Positions 37,913 through 47,271 of a DNA stretch of 64,000 bases are shown here, one piece after another. The position numbers and the translations under genes are program-made. The first letter of the stretch is position 1. The number at the start of each line of letters is the position of its first letter. The stretch is from Gemmatimonadota bacterium. GTDB lineage: Bacteria > Gemmatimonadota > Gemmatimonadetes > Longimicrobiales > Gaopeijiaceae. The stretch covers positions 1 to 64,000 of the forward strand of contig JBDHHQ010000014.1 of NCBI GenBank assembly GCA_039589315.1, read 5' to 3'. The notes under the pieces are model-generated. The model worked only from the letters and a program-made list of their open reading frames with translations, did no database searches and had not been told where the DNA came from.

Positions 37913-39201
37913 AGCGCTTCGTGCTTTCCACCCTCGGGCTCACTGCCATGGTCGTCTCGGTGCCTGGCCCCCTGGTCGGGCAGGAAGTGGACTCGGCTGC
38001 CGTCGAGCCCACACCGGAGCCAGCACCGGATACGGCGGTTTGGATCGCTGTCGCGCCTCGACCTCGCGGCACCGTCGTGGCTACGACGGTGACGTTCCCG
38101 GTGGGCTCGGATCACGACCCAACCGGCCGAGGCGGCACCGCCTGGCTTGTCGGGCGGACCCTGGAAGGAATGGCGCAGGAGGCCCTCGGGGAGGCCGCAG
38201 CCGCCTCGGTCCAAGTCCTCCGTGGTCGCGTCTACGCCACGCTGCTCGCGCCCCCGACCACCTGGGAGTCCGACTTCCAGACCTTCGCAACGGTGCTCAT
38301 GCGCCGTGAGCTGGCGGCCGGGCACTTCGAAGCCGAGCGGTCGCGGCTCGTGGGCCGGTTGACGTTCGAGGCCGGAGCCCCGGTGCGGGAGTTCGAGGTG
38401 GAGGCGGCTCGGCTGTACGCCTCGGGCGAGCAGGATTGGGCGCGTCCGCCGGAGGGCGATCTCGAGAGCCTCCCGGCCGTCACTCTGGACGACCTCACGC
38501 AGTTCCGGCGGCGGCTCCTGAACGCCGACGACGTAGCGGTCGCCGTCGTCGGTCCGGTGGACCCGGACGCGGCCGTTGGCGTCACGAGCGCCATTCGCGA
38601 CGGCAGGAGGCGCGCCTCGGCATCATCGAGCGCTGAGCGCGGCGCCAGTGCCGTCGCGTGGACGACGGGCGACCGCCTGGCCCTTCCTCGTGACATCACC
38701 AACACCTCGCTCGCGTTCGCGTATCCGTTGCCTGCGGGCCACGACCGCACGGCCGCCGAATTCCTGGCGCACGTCCTCCAGGAGAAGCTCAACCCCGTGC
38801 CGCCAGATCCCGGTGTGTACCGGGCCGAGACCCAGGTGATGGACGCCCCCACGGGCCCCTTGCTGGTGATCGAGGTCGCGGTCTTCCCCGAGGTCGGCAA
38901 TCGGTGGGAGCAGCAGATCGCGACGGCCATCCGGGAGACAGCCGGCGGCGATCCCTACGAGGACGTCTTCTTCCCGTGGCAGCAGAGGCGGTTCCGCTCC
39001 GCGGCCATGCAACGGGACGCCACGCCGGAGGGGCTGAGCCGCCGGCTGACGAACGACCTGCTGCGAGGGGGCTCGGCCCGAGACGTCGATGCCGAGATCC
39101 GCACACTGACGGCCGAGGGTCTCGTGACCCTGGCCGCGACGTTGGGACAGCCCCGGGTGCTCTTCTTCGGACCGGACCTGGGAGCCGACCGGGATCCGTG
39201 A
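37909..39201 (+). CDS. Secreted M16 (insulinase-fold) protein lacking HxxEH
   Basis: Signal peptide; GS.HDP.GRGGTAWL; G..ESL..VTLDDL..F; VAVVGPVD; ATGA overlap. Confidence 0.75.
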   Translation: MKRFVLSTLGLTAMVVSVPGPLVGQEVDSAAVEPTPEPAPDTAVWIAVAPRPRGTVVATTVTFPVGSDHDPTGRGGTAWLVGRTLEGMAQEALGEAAAASVQVLRGRVYATLLAPPTTWESDFQTFATVLMRRELAAGHFEAERSRLVGRLTFEAGAPVREFEVEAARLYASGEQDWARPPEGDLESLPAVTLDDLTQFRRRLLNADDVAVAVVGPVDPDAAVGVTSAIRDGRRRASASSSAERGASAVAWTTGDRLALPRDITNTSLAFAYPLPAGHDRTAAEFLAHVLQEKLNPVPPDPGVYRAETQVMDAPTGPLLVIEVAVFPEVGNRWEQQIATAIRETAGGDPYEDVFFPWQQRRFRSAAMQRDATPEGLSRRLTNDLLRGGSARDVDAEIRTLTAEGLVTLAATLGQPRVLFFGPDLGADRDP

Positions 39202-39324
39202 TTCCGGAGTCGTGCCGACGACCCCCCGACTGCTCGTTCGGGCAACATGCGCTGAGTCGCTCGGGCGATACCCCACCGGTCGCTCCGGCCCCCCCCTTCT
39301 CTCTCACGGCCGGCGTCTCCCTTC

Positions 39325-39353
39325 TTGATGCCCGGTAGGTGGCCTTTTACTTT
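39325..39353 (+). promoter_or_regulatory. Sigma-70 promoter candidate
   Basis: TTGATG-17 bp-TACTTT upstream of lipoprotein gene. Confidence 0.6.
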
Positions 39354-39424
39354 CGTGCGTTTCCCGGGAGGCTCGAACCACGGCCGGGGTTCGCAGCCCC
39401 TGAACCTACCAGACGGAGTGATCA

Positions 39425-40204
39425 ATGAAGGCAACGAAGCCCCTGTTCGCTGCGATGACCCTCACGGTGCTGGTGGCTTGTGGCCCCGGCGAGGTCGTCG
39501 TGACTGCGGAGCTCGAGGTGCCCGATCCCGAAACCGAGGGCGGGACGGTCGTGCGTCCGCTCGGAGATATGACGGTCGACCTGTTGCCCTATGATCGGGA
39601 CGCCATCTTCGACTCGCTCACCGCCGCGGCCGCGCGGCCGGAGCCGCCGATTCCCGATTCCCTACTCCTGGCCCAGGAAGCGGTGGCAGCAGCCCAGGAG
39701 GAGTGGCGCGCAGCCGAGGCCGAGTGGAACACGCTTCGCTCCGAGCTCCAGGAGATCAGCGACGAGCTCGAGGGACTGAGCCGGGGAGAGGCACGCTATC
39801 GCCTCCTGTTCAACGACTTCCAGGACAAAGAGGGGCGGTTGAGCGGGGTCGAGCGGCAGATGAACCAGGCGTTCGAACGGTTCACCGAGCTCCAGGAGAG
39901 CATCATCGCGGAGATCGAGGCGGTGAGGATTCAGCGCGAGGAGTGGGCCGACGAGGCGTATGTCGACTTCTTCGCGGTGGCGCAGGTCCGGATCGAGGCC
40001 TCGGGGCTCGAACCCGTCGTCGACACCACCGACGCCAGCGGGACGGTCCGGATCGAGGCGGCACCCGGAAACTACTGGTTGCACGCACGCCACGAGCTAC
40101 CGTTCAACGAGCTCTATTGGAATCTCCCGGTCACGCTGTCGCGTGGGGAGCCGGCCGAGGTCCACCTCGATCGCGGGACGGCGGAGGTCCGGCCGAAGCT
40201 GTAG
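39425..40204 (+). CDS. Lipoprotein with long coiled-coil hairpin inserted in a beta-sandwich-like domain
   Basis: LVAC lipobox; acidic coiled coil; C-terminal TTDASG..PGNYW..Y.WN.PV. Confidence 0.8.
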   Translation: MKATKPLFAAMTLTVLVACGPGEVVVTAELEVPDPETEGGTVVRPLGDMTVDLLPYDRDAIFDSLTAAAARPEPPIPDSLLLAQEAVAAAQEEWRAAEAEWNTLRSELQEISDELEGLSRGEARYRLLFNDFQDKEGRLSGVERQMNQAFERFTELQESIIAEIEAVRIQREEWADEAYVDFFAVAQVRIEASGLEPVVDTTDASGTVRIEAAPGNYWLHARHELPFNELYWNLPVTLSRGEPAEVHLDRGTAEVRPKL

Positions 40205-40269
40205 CCCCGAACGGGTCGGGGCGGTGTCGCCCGCCCACGCCACCCCGCTCACGCCGGCACCGGCGTTTG

Positions 40270-40319
40270 ACACCGCCCTCGGCGTCCACTGTTCGGACGC
40301 CCGGGGCGGTGTTCTTTTT
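40270..40319 (+). terminator. Long hairpin terminator between the lipoprotein gene and fadJ
   Basis: ACACCGCCCTCGGCGTCC-ACTGTTC-GGACGCCCGGGGCGGTGT-TCTTTTT. Confidence 0.75.
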
Positions 40320-40359
40320 CAGGCTGAAGAACCCCCAACTTCTAGATGTGGAGACGTGG

Positions 40360-42531
40360 ATGGTGGACGCGGCGGCCGGGAGATCCGGTCCGTTTCTGGA
40401 GATCGACGCGGGGCGGATCGCCCGGATCACCTTCGACGACCCCGACCGAAGGCACAATTACCTGACCGAAACGGTCATGACCGGCTTCGCCGGCCTGGTT
40501 GCCCGGGTGCGGGACGAGGCAGGGGCGGGCAACGTCAGCGGACTCGTCATCTACAGCGCCAAGAAGCGCAGCTTCATCGCCGGGGCCGACGTCGAGGCCA
40601 TCGGCGCCATCGAGGACCCCCTGTCCGGCGAAGAGGCCGCGGGGTTCGGGCAGGCGACCTTCGGCGAGCTGGAGTCCCTGCCGGTCCCCACGGTAGCCGC
40701 GATTCACGGCCTCTGCCTCGGAGGCGGCACCGAGCTGTCGCTGGCGTGCCGGTACCGCCTCGCCTCGGACTCCGATCGGACGAAGATCGGTCTCCCGGAG
40801 GTGCAGCTCGGAATCCTCCCGGCGTGGGGCGGTACCACCCGGCTCCCGCGCCTGGTCGGTCTCCAGGCCTCGCTGGACATGATGCTGACCGGCAGGGCCG
40901 TGAGCGCCGCCAAGGCCCGCCGCCTCGGGCTGGTGGATGCCGTGTATCCGACCGAGCTGTTCGAGGAAATGGTGGAGGCATTCCTGCGGGACCGCATCGA
41001 GGCCGGGCCCGTCCGCACCGGCCCTCGAAGAAAGTTCTTCCGCCGTGTCCTCGAGGACACGGCGCCCGGCCGGCGCGTGATCCTGCGTGCCGCGCGCAAG
41101 CAGGTGATGGCTCGCACTCAGGGACATTACCCGGCGCCTCTGACCATCCTCTCCGTTGTCCGCCGCTCCCTGGGTAGATCGGTCGAGGCGGCGCTCAAGA
41201 TCGAGGCGGCCGCCGCAGGCGAGTTACTGGCCAGCGGCGTGAGCAAGAACCTGGTGCACGTCTTCCACTTGCGGGAAGGCTCGCAGAAGCTCCCGGATGA
41301 CGTCACGGGTCAAGCCGCCGACGTCGGGCGGATCGGCGTCCTCGGCGCCGGCGTGATGGGAGGTGGAATCGCCCAGTTGGCTGCCTACCACGGCGTCGGT
41401 GTGCGCCTGAAGGACATCCGTCACGACGCGGTGGCGGCAGGGCTGCGAGAGGCGAGCGCCCGGTTCCGTGAGGCCGTCGAGCGCAGGAAGCTGGGGCAGC
41501 GGGAAGCCGACCAGCGGATGGAGCTCATCTCGGGCGGCCTGGGCTATGAGGGCTTCGCCTCGGCCGAGCTGGTGATCGAGGCGGTGGTGGAGCGCATGGA
41601 CGTGAAGCGCGCCGTGCTCGAGGAGCTGGAGGCAGAGGTGGGACGGGACTGCGTTCTGGCCACCAACACCTCGTCCCTGTCCGTTGACGAGATGGCCGCC
41701 GTCCTGACCCGGCCGGAGCGTTTCTGTGGCATGCACTTCTTCAACCCGGTGCACCGCATGCCCCTGGTGGAGGTCGTGCGGGGTCAGGCCACGGACGATG
41801 ACGCGGTGGCGACGGTCCATGCCTTTTCCCGGAAGCTGGGCAAGGTGCCGGTGGTGGTGCGGGACGGCCCCGGCTTCCTGGTGAACCGCATCCTGGGCCC
41901 CTACCTGAACGAGGCGGGGTGGCTCCTGACCGACGGCGCCGCCGGCCCCGACGTGGACCGTGCCGCGAAGCGTTTCGGCATGCCCATGGGCCCGCTTCGT
42001 TTGGTGGACGAAGTCGGGATCGACATTGCCGGCCACGCCGGCGCCACGCTGCACGAGACCTTCGGGGAGCGGATGGCGCCCTCGCCCGGCTTGCAGGCCA
42101 TGGGGGAGTCGGGCCGTCTCGGACGAAAGGGCGGCCTGGGTTTCTACACGTACGAGGATGGCGAGGAGCAGTCCTTCGACGACGGGGTCTACGCTGTCCT
42201 TGCCCCCGCTGTCCCGGCGTACCGGGTGAGCATGAACGACCGCACGATCCGGGCCAGGCTCGTGCTGGCGATGGTGAACGAGGCCGCCCGCGTGCTCGAG
42301 GACGGCATCGCCCGCTCGGCCGGTGACGTGGACCTGGCCATGATCATGGGCACCGGCTTTCCACCCTTCCGCGGCGGGCTGCTGCGGTACGCGGACCACC
42401 TCCACCCCAAGACGATCCTGGATCGGCTGCGGACGCACGAGGACAGCCTCGGACCTCGCTTCACCCCGGCCGAGGTCATTGAGGACATGGCCCGCACAGG
42501 GCGAGGGTTCTACGACACCTTCCCGGCATGA
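40360..42531 (+). CDS. fadJ: Fatty-acid beta-oxidation multifunctional alpha subunit (enoyl-CoA hydratase/3-hydroxyacyl-CoA dehydrogenase)
   Basis: FIAGAD, CLGGGTE, GLPEVQLG, GAGVMG, ATNTSSL, GMHFFNPV, GFPPFRGG. Confidence 0.9.
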   Translation: MVDAAAGRSGPFLEIDAGRIARITFDDPDRRHNYLTETVMTGFAGLVARVRDEAGAGNVSGLVIYSAKKRSFIAGADVEAIGAIEDPLSGEEAAGFGQATFGELESLPVPTVAAIHGLCLGGGTELSLACRYRLASDSDRTKIGLPEVQLGILPAWGGTTRLPRLVGLQASLDMMLTGRAVSAAKARRLGLVDAVYPTELFEEMVEAFLRDRIEAGPVRTGPRRKFFRRVLEDTAPGRRVILRAARKQVMARTQGHYPAPLTILSVVRRSLGRSVEAALKIEAAAAGELLASGVSKNLVHVFHLREGSQKLPDDVTGQAADVGRIGVLGAGVMGGGIAQLAAYHGVGVRLKDIRHDAVAAGLREASARFREAVERRKLGQREADQRMELISGGLGYEGFASAELVIEAVVERMDVKRAVLEELEAEVGRDCVLATNTSSLSVDEMAAVLTRPERFCGMHFFNPVHRMPLVEVVRGQATDDDAVATVHAFSRKLGKVPVVVRDGPGFLVNRILGPYLNEAGWLLTDGAAGPDVDRAAKRFGMPMGPLRLVDEVGIDIAGHAGATLHETFGERMAPSPGLQAMGESGRLGRKGGLGFYTYEDGEEQSFDDGVYAVLAPAVPAYRVSMNDRTIRARLVLAMVNEAARVLEDGIARSAGDVDLAMIMGTGFPPFRGGLLRYADHLHPKTILDRLRTHEDSLGPRFTPAEVIEDMARTGRGFYDTFPA

Positions 42532-43175
42532 CCGCGCGCGTTGCTGGGATCGTGCCGGCGGCCGGTCGATCCTCTCGCATGGGTCGCTCGAAGGCCCTGC
42601 TGGCGCCCGCCGGCCGATCCTTTCTGGGACGTGTGACCGATGCCCTGCGGGAGGGCGGGTGTGACCCGGTGATGGTGGTGGTGAGGGACGGAGCGAGCCC
42701 CGAGGCTGCCGAGGCCCAGGCCCTCGGCCTCCAGCGCGTGGTCAACCCCGACCCGTCCGACGGTCCCGTCAGCTCGCTCCGGGCCGGGCTCGCGGCTCTT
42801 CCCACCGCAGTGGCCGGGTGCGTCTGGTGGCCGGTGGACTACCCCCTGGTGCGGTCGGACACGGTGGCCGTTCTCGTTGCGTCCTTCGCGAAAGCGCCCG
42901 ACTGCATCGTCATCCCGGCCCACGGGGGACGACACGGCCATCCGGTCGTCTTCCCCCGCCAGCTCTTCCCGCGGCTCGCTGAGCCCGGCCTGGCCGAAGG
43001 CGCCCGTACGGTCGTGCGGGAGCACCCCCGCCGGGTCACCGTCGCGGTGGACGATCCGGGGATCCTGACCGACGTCGACACACCCCAGGACTACCGGGCC
43101 GTGTTCGGCGAGGACCCCGCCGTGCGGTCGAGCTCCGCGACCAGCGCGCCCGCGCACGAGCTCGGCGACCGATGA
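42528..43175 (+). CDS. MocA/MobA-like nucleotidyltransferase
   Basis: AAGRSSRMG..K, PVDYP, GHPV.F, DVDTPQDY. Confidence 0.88.
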   Translation: MTARVAGIVPAAGRSSRMGRSKALLAPAGRSFLGRVTDALREGGCDPVMVVVRDGASPEAAEAQALGLQRVVNPDPSDGPVSSLRAGLAALPTAVAGCVWWPVDYPLVRSDTVAVLVASFAKAPDCIVIPAHGGRHGHPVVFPRQLFPRLAEPGLAEGARTVVREHPRRVTVAVDDPGILTDVDTPQDYRAVFGEDPAVRSSSATSAPAHELGDR

Positions 43176-43993
43176 TGGAGCCGCCCCTCGACCCCGCCAC
43201 GGCCGCGGCTCGCGTCCTGGATCATCTGGACGCTGGCCGTGCAGTCGCCGTCGTGGTGCGAGTCCCGACGGGAGGGGGGCCCCTGACGGGCCGGCTCCTG
43301 GTGCCGACGGCTGGCCCAGTGCAGGGCACCCTGGGCACCGCCGGCCTGGACCGCCTGGCTGTGGACCTGGCCGAGCGGGCCCTTGATCGGGATGGACCGG
43401 GCGAGGGGATCCACAAGCTCGTGCTGCCGGACGGGGCCGAGGCCGAGGTGTACGTCGAGCTCCATGCCCCCTCCCCCGAGCTGATGATCGTGGGCGCCGG
43501 ACACATCGCCCAGCCGCTCTCCACAGTGGGGGCGCTGCTGGGGTTCCGCGTGGTGGTGCTGGACGACCGACCCGACTTCGCCACCACCCAGCGGTTCCCC
43601 GACGCGGCGCGCGTGGCGCGCGTAGACTTCTCAAACCCGTTCCGGGACCTTCCCGTTGGCCGGAACACGCACGTGGTGCTGGTCACCCGGGGCCACAAGT
43701 ACGACTACGAGTGCCTTCGACGACTCCTGGCCCGGGATCCCCTTCCGGCCTATCTCGGTATGATCGGCAGCCGGCGGCGGGTCAGAGCCACGTTCGCGCA
43801 GCTCCTGGACGAGGGCGTCCCGCGGGACCGCCTGGCCCGGGTGCGAGCGCCAGTGGGGCTGGACCTGAGAGCCCAGACGCCCGCCGAGATCGCGGTCTCG
43901 GTGGCCGCGGAGATGGTCGCCTCCTGGCGCGACGGAACCGGCGAACCCCTCTCCGATCGAGAGCGAGTCTTGGAGCGCTTCTTCCCCGAATGA
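43172..43993 (+). CDS. XdhC family protein (Rossmann C-terminal domain)
   Basis: IVGAGHIA, VLDDR, VTRGH..D, YLGMIGSRRR, APVGLDL...TPAEIAVS. Confidence 0.9.
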   Translation: MMEPPLDPATAAARVLDHLDAGRAVAVVVRVPTGGGPLTGRLLVPTAGPVQGTLGTAGLDRLAVDLAERALDRDGPGEGIHKLVLPDGAEAEVYVELHAPSPELMIVGAGHIAQPLSTVGALLGFRVVVLDDRPDFATTQRFPDAARVARVDFSNPFRDLPVGRNTHVVLVTRGHKYDYECLRRLLARDPLPAYLGMIGSRRRVRATFAQLLDEGVPRDRLARVRAPVGLDLRAQTPAEIAVSVAAEMVASWRDGTGEPLSDRERVLERFFPE

Positions 43994-44424
43994 GCCGACA
44001 CGACGAGAGACCACTGCTCGAAGCCGTGCGTGACGCGGGCCGCATGGGCCGGCTCTGCGCCCTTGCCACCATCGTGGATACGCGCGGCTCTACGCCCAGA
44101 AAGATCGGGACCAAGATGCTGGTCGATCCGGTTGCCGGGCTGGTGGGCACCGTAGGCGGCGGGTGTGGGGAGGCCGAGGTGATCGAAGCTGCCAACGAGG
44201 TCTTGCGCACCGGCTTGCCGCGCATGGTTCACGTAGACCTGACGCGGGACCTCATGTCGTGGAGCCCGGCGGTGTGTGGAGGCATCATGCGGGTGCTGGT
44301 GGAGCCTGTAGAGCCCGCCATTGCCGGCCGCCCCAAAGAGCCTGCAGGAGAGGGCGCGGTTGCGGACGTGGATCGGCCGAAAGAGGCGCGAGCCTCGGGT
44401 GACGGTCCGGCACCGACCTCCTGA
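43990..44424 (+). CDS. Stand-alone XdhC/CoxI N-terminal domain protein
   Basis: LATIV..GSTPR..G.KM, GTVGGGCGE, CGG.M. Confidence 0.88.
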   Translation: MSRHDERPLLEAVRDAGRMGRLCALATIVDTRGSTPRKIGTKMLVDPVAGLVGTVGGGCGEAEVIEAANEVLRTGLPRMVHVDLTRDLMSWSPAVCGGIMRVLVEPVEPAIAGRPKEPAGEGAVADVDRPKEARASGDGPAPTS

Positions 44425-44441
44425 CCGCCGTCGGCCGCGCC

Positions 44442-44987
44442 TTGTCCCCACCTCTCGTTCACATCCACTACCTCCGGCCACCCGACCGGACCGACGTCTT
44501 CCGCCAGCACCTGATCCTGGACCGGGACGACGTGAAGGTCACTCTGGCCCAGGACCTCGCATTCGATCCGCCCATCGAGATCGAGGGCGCCATCGCTCTC
44601 GAGACGGGCTCGTCGGCGGTCTGGTTCACGTTCCCCGAGACGTGGCACGACATCGGTATCTTCCACCGCGCTGACGGCACCTTCACGGGCACCTACGCCA
44701 ACATCCTCACGCCACCGGTCTTCGAGGCCGGCCACGTCTGGCGCACCACGGACCTGTACCTCGACGTCTGGATCGAACCGGGCGGGCGACTGTGGGTCCT
44801 GGACCGGGAGCAGTTCGACGAGGCGGTGGCGGCTGATTGGATCGACGCCGAGACGGCCGTGCGGGCCCTCAGCGAGGTCGAGGCGATCGTCACGGAGTAC
44901 GGAACCGGCCGCTGGCCTCCCCCGGTCGTGGGGGAATGGACCTTGGACCGCGCCATCCAAGCGGCCTCAGCGACGAACCACCCCTAG
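44442..44987 (+). CDS. DUF402 family protein (FomD/Ntdp-like phosphatase fold)
   Basis: GTYANI..P, TDLYLDVW, LDREQF..A. Confidence 0.8.
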   Translation: MSPPLVHIHYLRPPDRTDVFRQHLILDRDDVKVTLAQDLAFDPPIEIEGAIALETGSSAVWFTFPETWHDIGIFHRADGTFTGTYANILTPPVFEAGHVWRTTDLYLDVWIEPGGRLWVLDREQFDEAVAADWIDAETAVRALSEVEAIVTEYGTGRWPPPVVGEWTLDRAIQAASATNHP

Positions 44988-45184
44988 GCATCCACCACGT
45001 ACGCAGCGCAGAGGCGGTTCATGTCGACGTGCATCCGGGTCAACACGAACGGATCTTCCTGCAGGCAGTCCAACAGGCGCTCGTAGCGTCCCAACGCCTC
45101 GACGGGAATGGCCACGTCTTCGTGGTGATAGGCGCCCCCGTCAACGAAGACGAGTCGGACGGTCTGGGTCGCGATTCCGGTCAT
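44984..45184 (-). CDS. Small hypothetical protein (66 aa)
   Basis: ATGA overlap with VKOR stop; YERLLDCLQEDP..L...VD..RLCAA. Confidence 0.7.
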   Translation of the reverse strand: MTGIATQTVRLVFVDGGAYHHEDVAIPVEALGRYERLLDCLQEDPFVLTRMHVDMNRLCAAYVVDA

Positions 45185-45666
45185 GAGGAGCCTCGCGTTC
45201 TCTCGAGCTCCGGCAAGGAAGCCACGAAACAGAGGGTGATGATCACCGCGGAAATGACGCACCACTGGCACCAGGCGTGGATGACCGCGGCCTCCAGGTA
45301 TGTCAGGTAGGCGCTGAACGCGACGCCCAGGGTCGTGCCGGCCAGGAGCAGCAGGGCAATGTGCGAAGACGACGCGAAGCGGCTCTGGAGCCCCATGAGC
45401 GACACCAAGAGAAGCGCGGCGGAGCCCAGGGCCCCGATGCCGGAGACAGGCATGGGGCCGACCCACGCGTACTTGCTCGCCAGCACCACCCCGCAGTCCC
45501 CGACCCCGCAGACGAGGGGTCCCCCCAGGCCCAGGCTATGGGACAGCAGGTACAGGGACACCAAGAGTGCCACGAGGGACAGGAGCGCCACGGCCATGCG
45601 GTTGGCCGGCGGGGAGGTCGCCGACTCGTCGACCTCCTCGATGGTATCGTCCACGCCGAGCGTCAC
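45181..45666 (-). CDS. VKOR family disulfide-generating membrane protein
   Basis: C.VGDC..V..S.Y, CQWC (CxxC), 4 TM; GTGA overlap with dsbA. Confidence 0.92.
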   Translation of the reverse strand: MTLGVDDTIEEVDESATSPPANRMAVALLSLVALLVSLYLLSHSLGLGGPLVCGVGDCGVVLASKYAWVGPMPVSGIGALGSAALLLVSLMGLQSRFASSSHIALLLLAGTTLGVAFSAYLTYLEAAVIHAWCQWCVISAVIITLCFVASLPELERTRGSS

Positions 45667-46427
45667 TGACTCGCCAGCGCTCCCTCGACGGCCTCCTGAA
45701 TCGTGGGCCAGCCGAAGTCGGACAGGCGGATCGGCATGGATCCCTCCGGCACGACCATGAGCGTTGGCGTAGCGTTGACCCGCAGCTCGTTGCCCAGCCG
45801 GATGTTCGCCGTCACCACGTCGGCGTGCCGGTCGCTGTCCAGGCAAGCCGCGAACGTGGACTCGTCCAACCCCAGGTCCGCGGCGGAGCTTCGGAAGCCC
45901 CGGCCGGCGGAGTTGCTGAACTGCCACTCACCCTGGGTCTGGAACAGCCGGTCGTGGAAGTCCCAATAACGATCCTGCTCACCGGCACACCGGGCGGCTC
46001 GGGCAGCGAGGAACGCGTTCTGGTGCTGCTGGAGAGGGTAGTCGTAGAAGATGTACTTGACCTTGCCGGTCTCGACGTAGGCCAGGTCGAGCTGGGGCTT
46101 TACCTGGCCGGCGAAGACCTGGCAAGCCGGACACTGGTAGTCGGCGAACTCCCAGATGGCGACGGTCGCGTCCGGGTTCCCGTACTCCACGCCCTTGGCC
46201 ATTTCCAGGAGCGTGGTCGGGTCATCCAGGCCCTCCACCTCCACCGGCGCCGTGACCGCGCTGCTGGTGGCGCCGGAAAAGAGCGAGTAGCCGACAACAC
46301 CGACGCCCACCAACGCGACCAGGGCCAGCACCATGTAGAAACGCTTCATGTCGTTTCCGCCGGTCGACCCGCTCCGCTTCTCGGCCCGCTGGGCCGAGCG
46401 ACTCTTCTTACGTTTGCTAGAAGCCAC
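45663..46427 (-). CDS. DsbA-family thioredoxin-fold oxidoreductase
   Basis: EFADYQCPAC, ATPT cis-Pro loop, N-terminal TM. Confidence 0.92.
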   Translation of the reverse strand: MASSKRKKSRSAQRAEKRSGSTGGNDMKRFYMVLALVALVGVGVVGYSLFSGATSSAVTAPVEVEGLDDPTTLLEMAKGVEYGNPDATVAIWEFADYQCPACQVFAGQVKPQLDLAYVETGKVKYIFYDYPLQQHQNAFLAARAARCAGEQDRYWDFHDRLFQTQGEWQFSNSAGRGFRSSAADLGLDESTFAACLDSDRHADVVTANIRLGNELRVNATPTLMVVPEGSMPIRLSDFGWPTIQEAVEGALASQ

Positions 46428-46544
46428 CTGCCTGCTCCCGTGAAAAAACGACGAGACCACCGGCCTCACGCCGGCGGCAGAGGTCCCCCTGAAGACGGAT
46501 CCAGAAGATATCGTCCCGCCCGGAAGATGGTTCCCCTTACCCCG

Positions 46545-47228
46545 TCAGTCCAGAATCACCTCCAACACCCGATCGGTGTCGGTGAAGTCACTGAAGGTGT
46601 GATCCGCCCCTGCCGCCTCCAGGTCCTCGACGCCGAAGTTGCCCGTGGCCACGGCCACGGTGCGGATGCCCTCGACCCGGCCACACTCCACGTCCCGGGG
46701 TGTGTCACCGAGGATGACCGCGTCACCGGCGGAGAAGTCCACGCCCCAGGTGTCCCGCGCCCGCTGCATGGCGATCCCGGGGAGGTGGTTGCGGAACTCG
46801 TGGTCCGAGCCATATCCGCCCACCGGGAAGTAGCCCTCCAGTCCCACGGATCGGAGCTTGAGGCGCGCCCCGCGGGCGATGTTGCCCGTAACCAGGCCCA
46901 GGGCCACGTCCTCGAGTGCCCCCAAAACGGACAGCAGGTCCGTCACCGACGGCAGCGTGTACATGGGCGTGTGGATCAACCGGCATTCGAGCTCTGACAG
47001 GTACCGTTCCCACAGGACCGGGAACCCCCTGTCGATCTCCAGGTCGCTCAGGCCCGCGTTGTGCAGGAGCTCCCGTGCGATCTGCGGATCCGTCTTGCCC
47101 GAGAAGTCGTGCACTTCGATCGAGCCGGCCGTTCCGAACGTCTCGACCATGGCCAGCTGAAAGGACTCCTTGGCGGGGCCGCCCCGCACGAGCGTGCCAT
47201 CGATGTCGAACAGCAGGAGTTTGCGCAC
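46545..47228 (-). CDS. HAD-family hydrolase
   Basis: LFDIDGTL, VTGN, GDTPRD. Confidence 0.9.
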   Translation of the reverse strand: MRKLLLFDIDGTLVRGGPAKESFQLAMVETFGTAGSIEVHDFSGKTDPQIARELLHNAGLSDLEIDRGFPVLWERYLSELECRLIHTPMYTLPSVTDLLSVLGALEDVALGLVTGNIARGARLKLRSVGLEGYFPVGGYGSDHEFRNHLPGIAMQRARDTWGVDFSAGDAVILGDTPRDVECGRVEGIRTVAVATGNFGVEDLEAAGADHTFSDFTDTDRVLEVILD

Positions 47229-47271
47229 TGGCCGGGCGTCTCGGCGTCGATGGAGTGAAGTGGGCGGGCCG

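Noticed and set aside
39703..40359. N-terminal extension of FadJ
   Set aside because: Overlaps the lipoprotein gene out of frame and crosses a terminator
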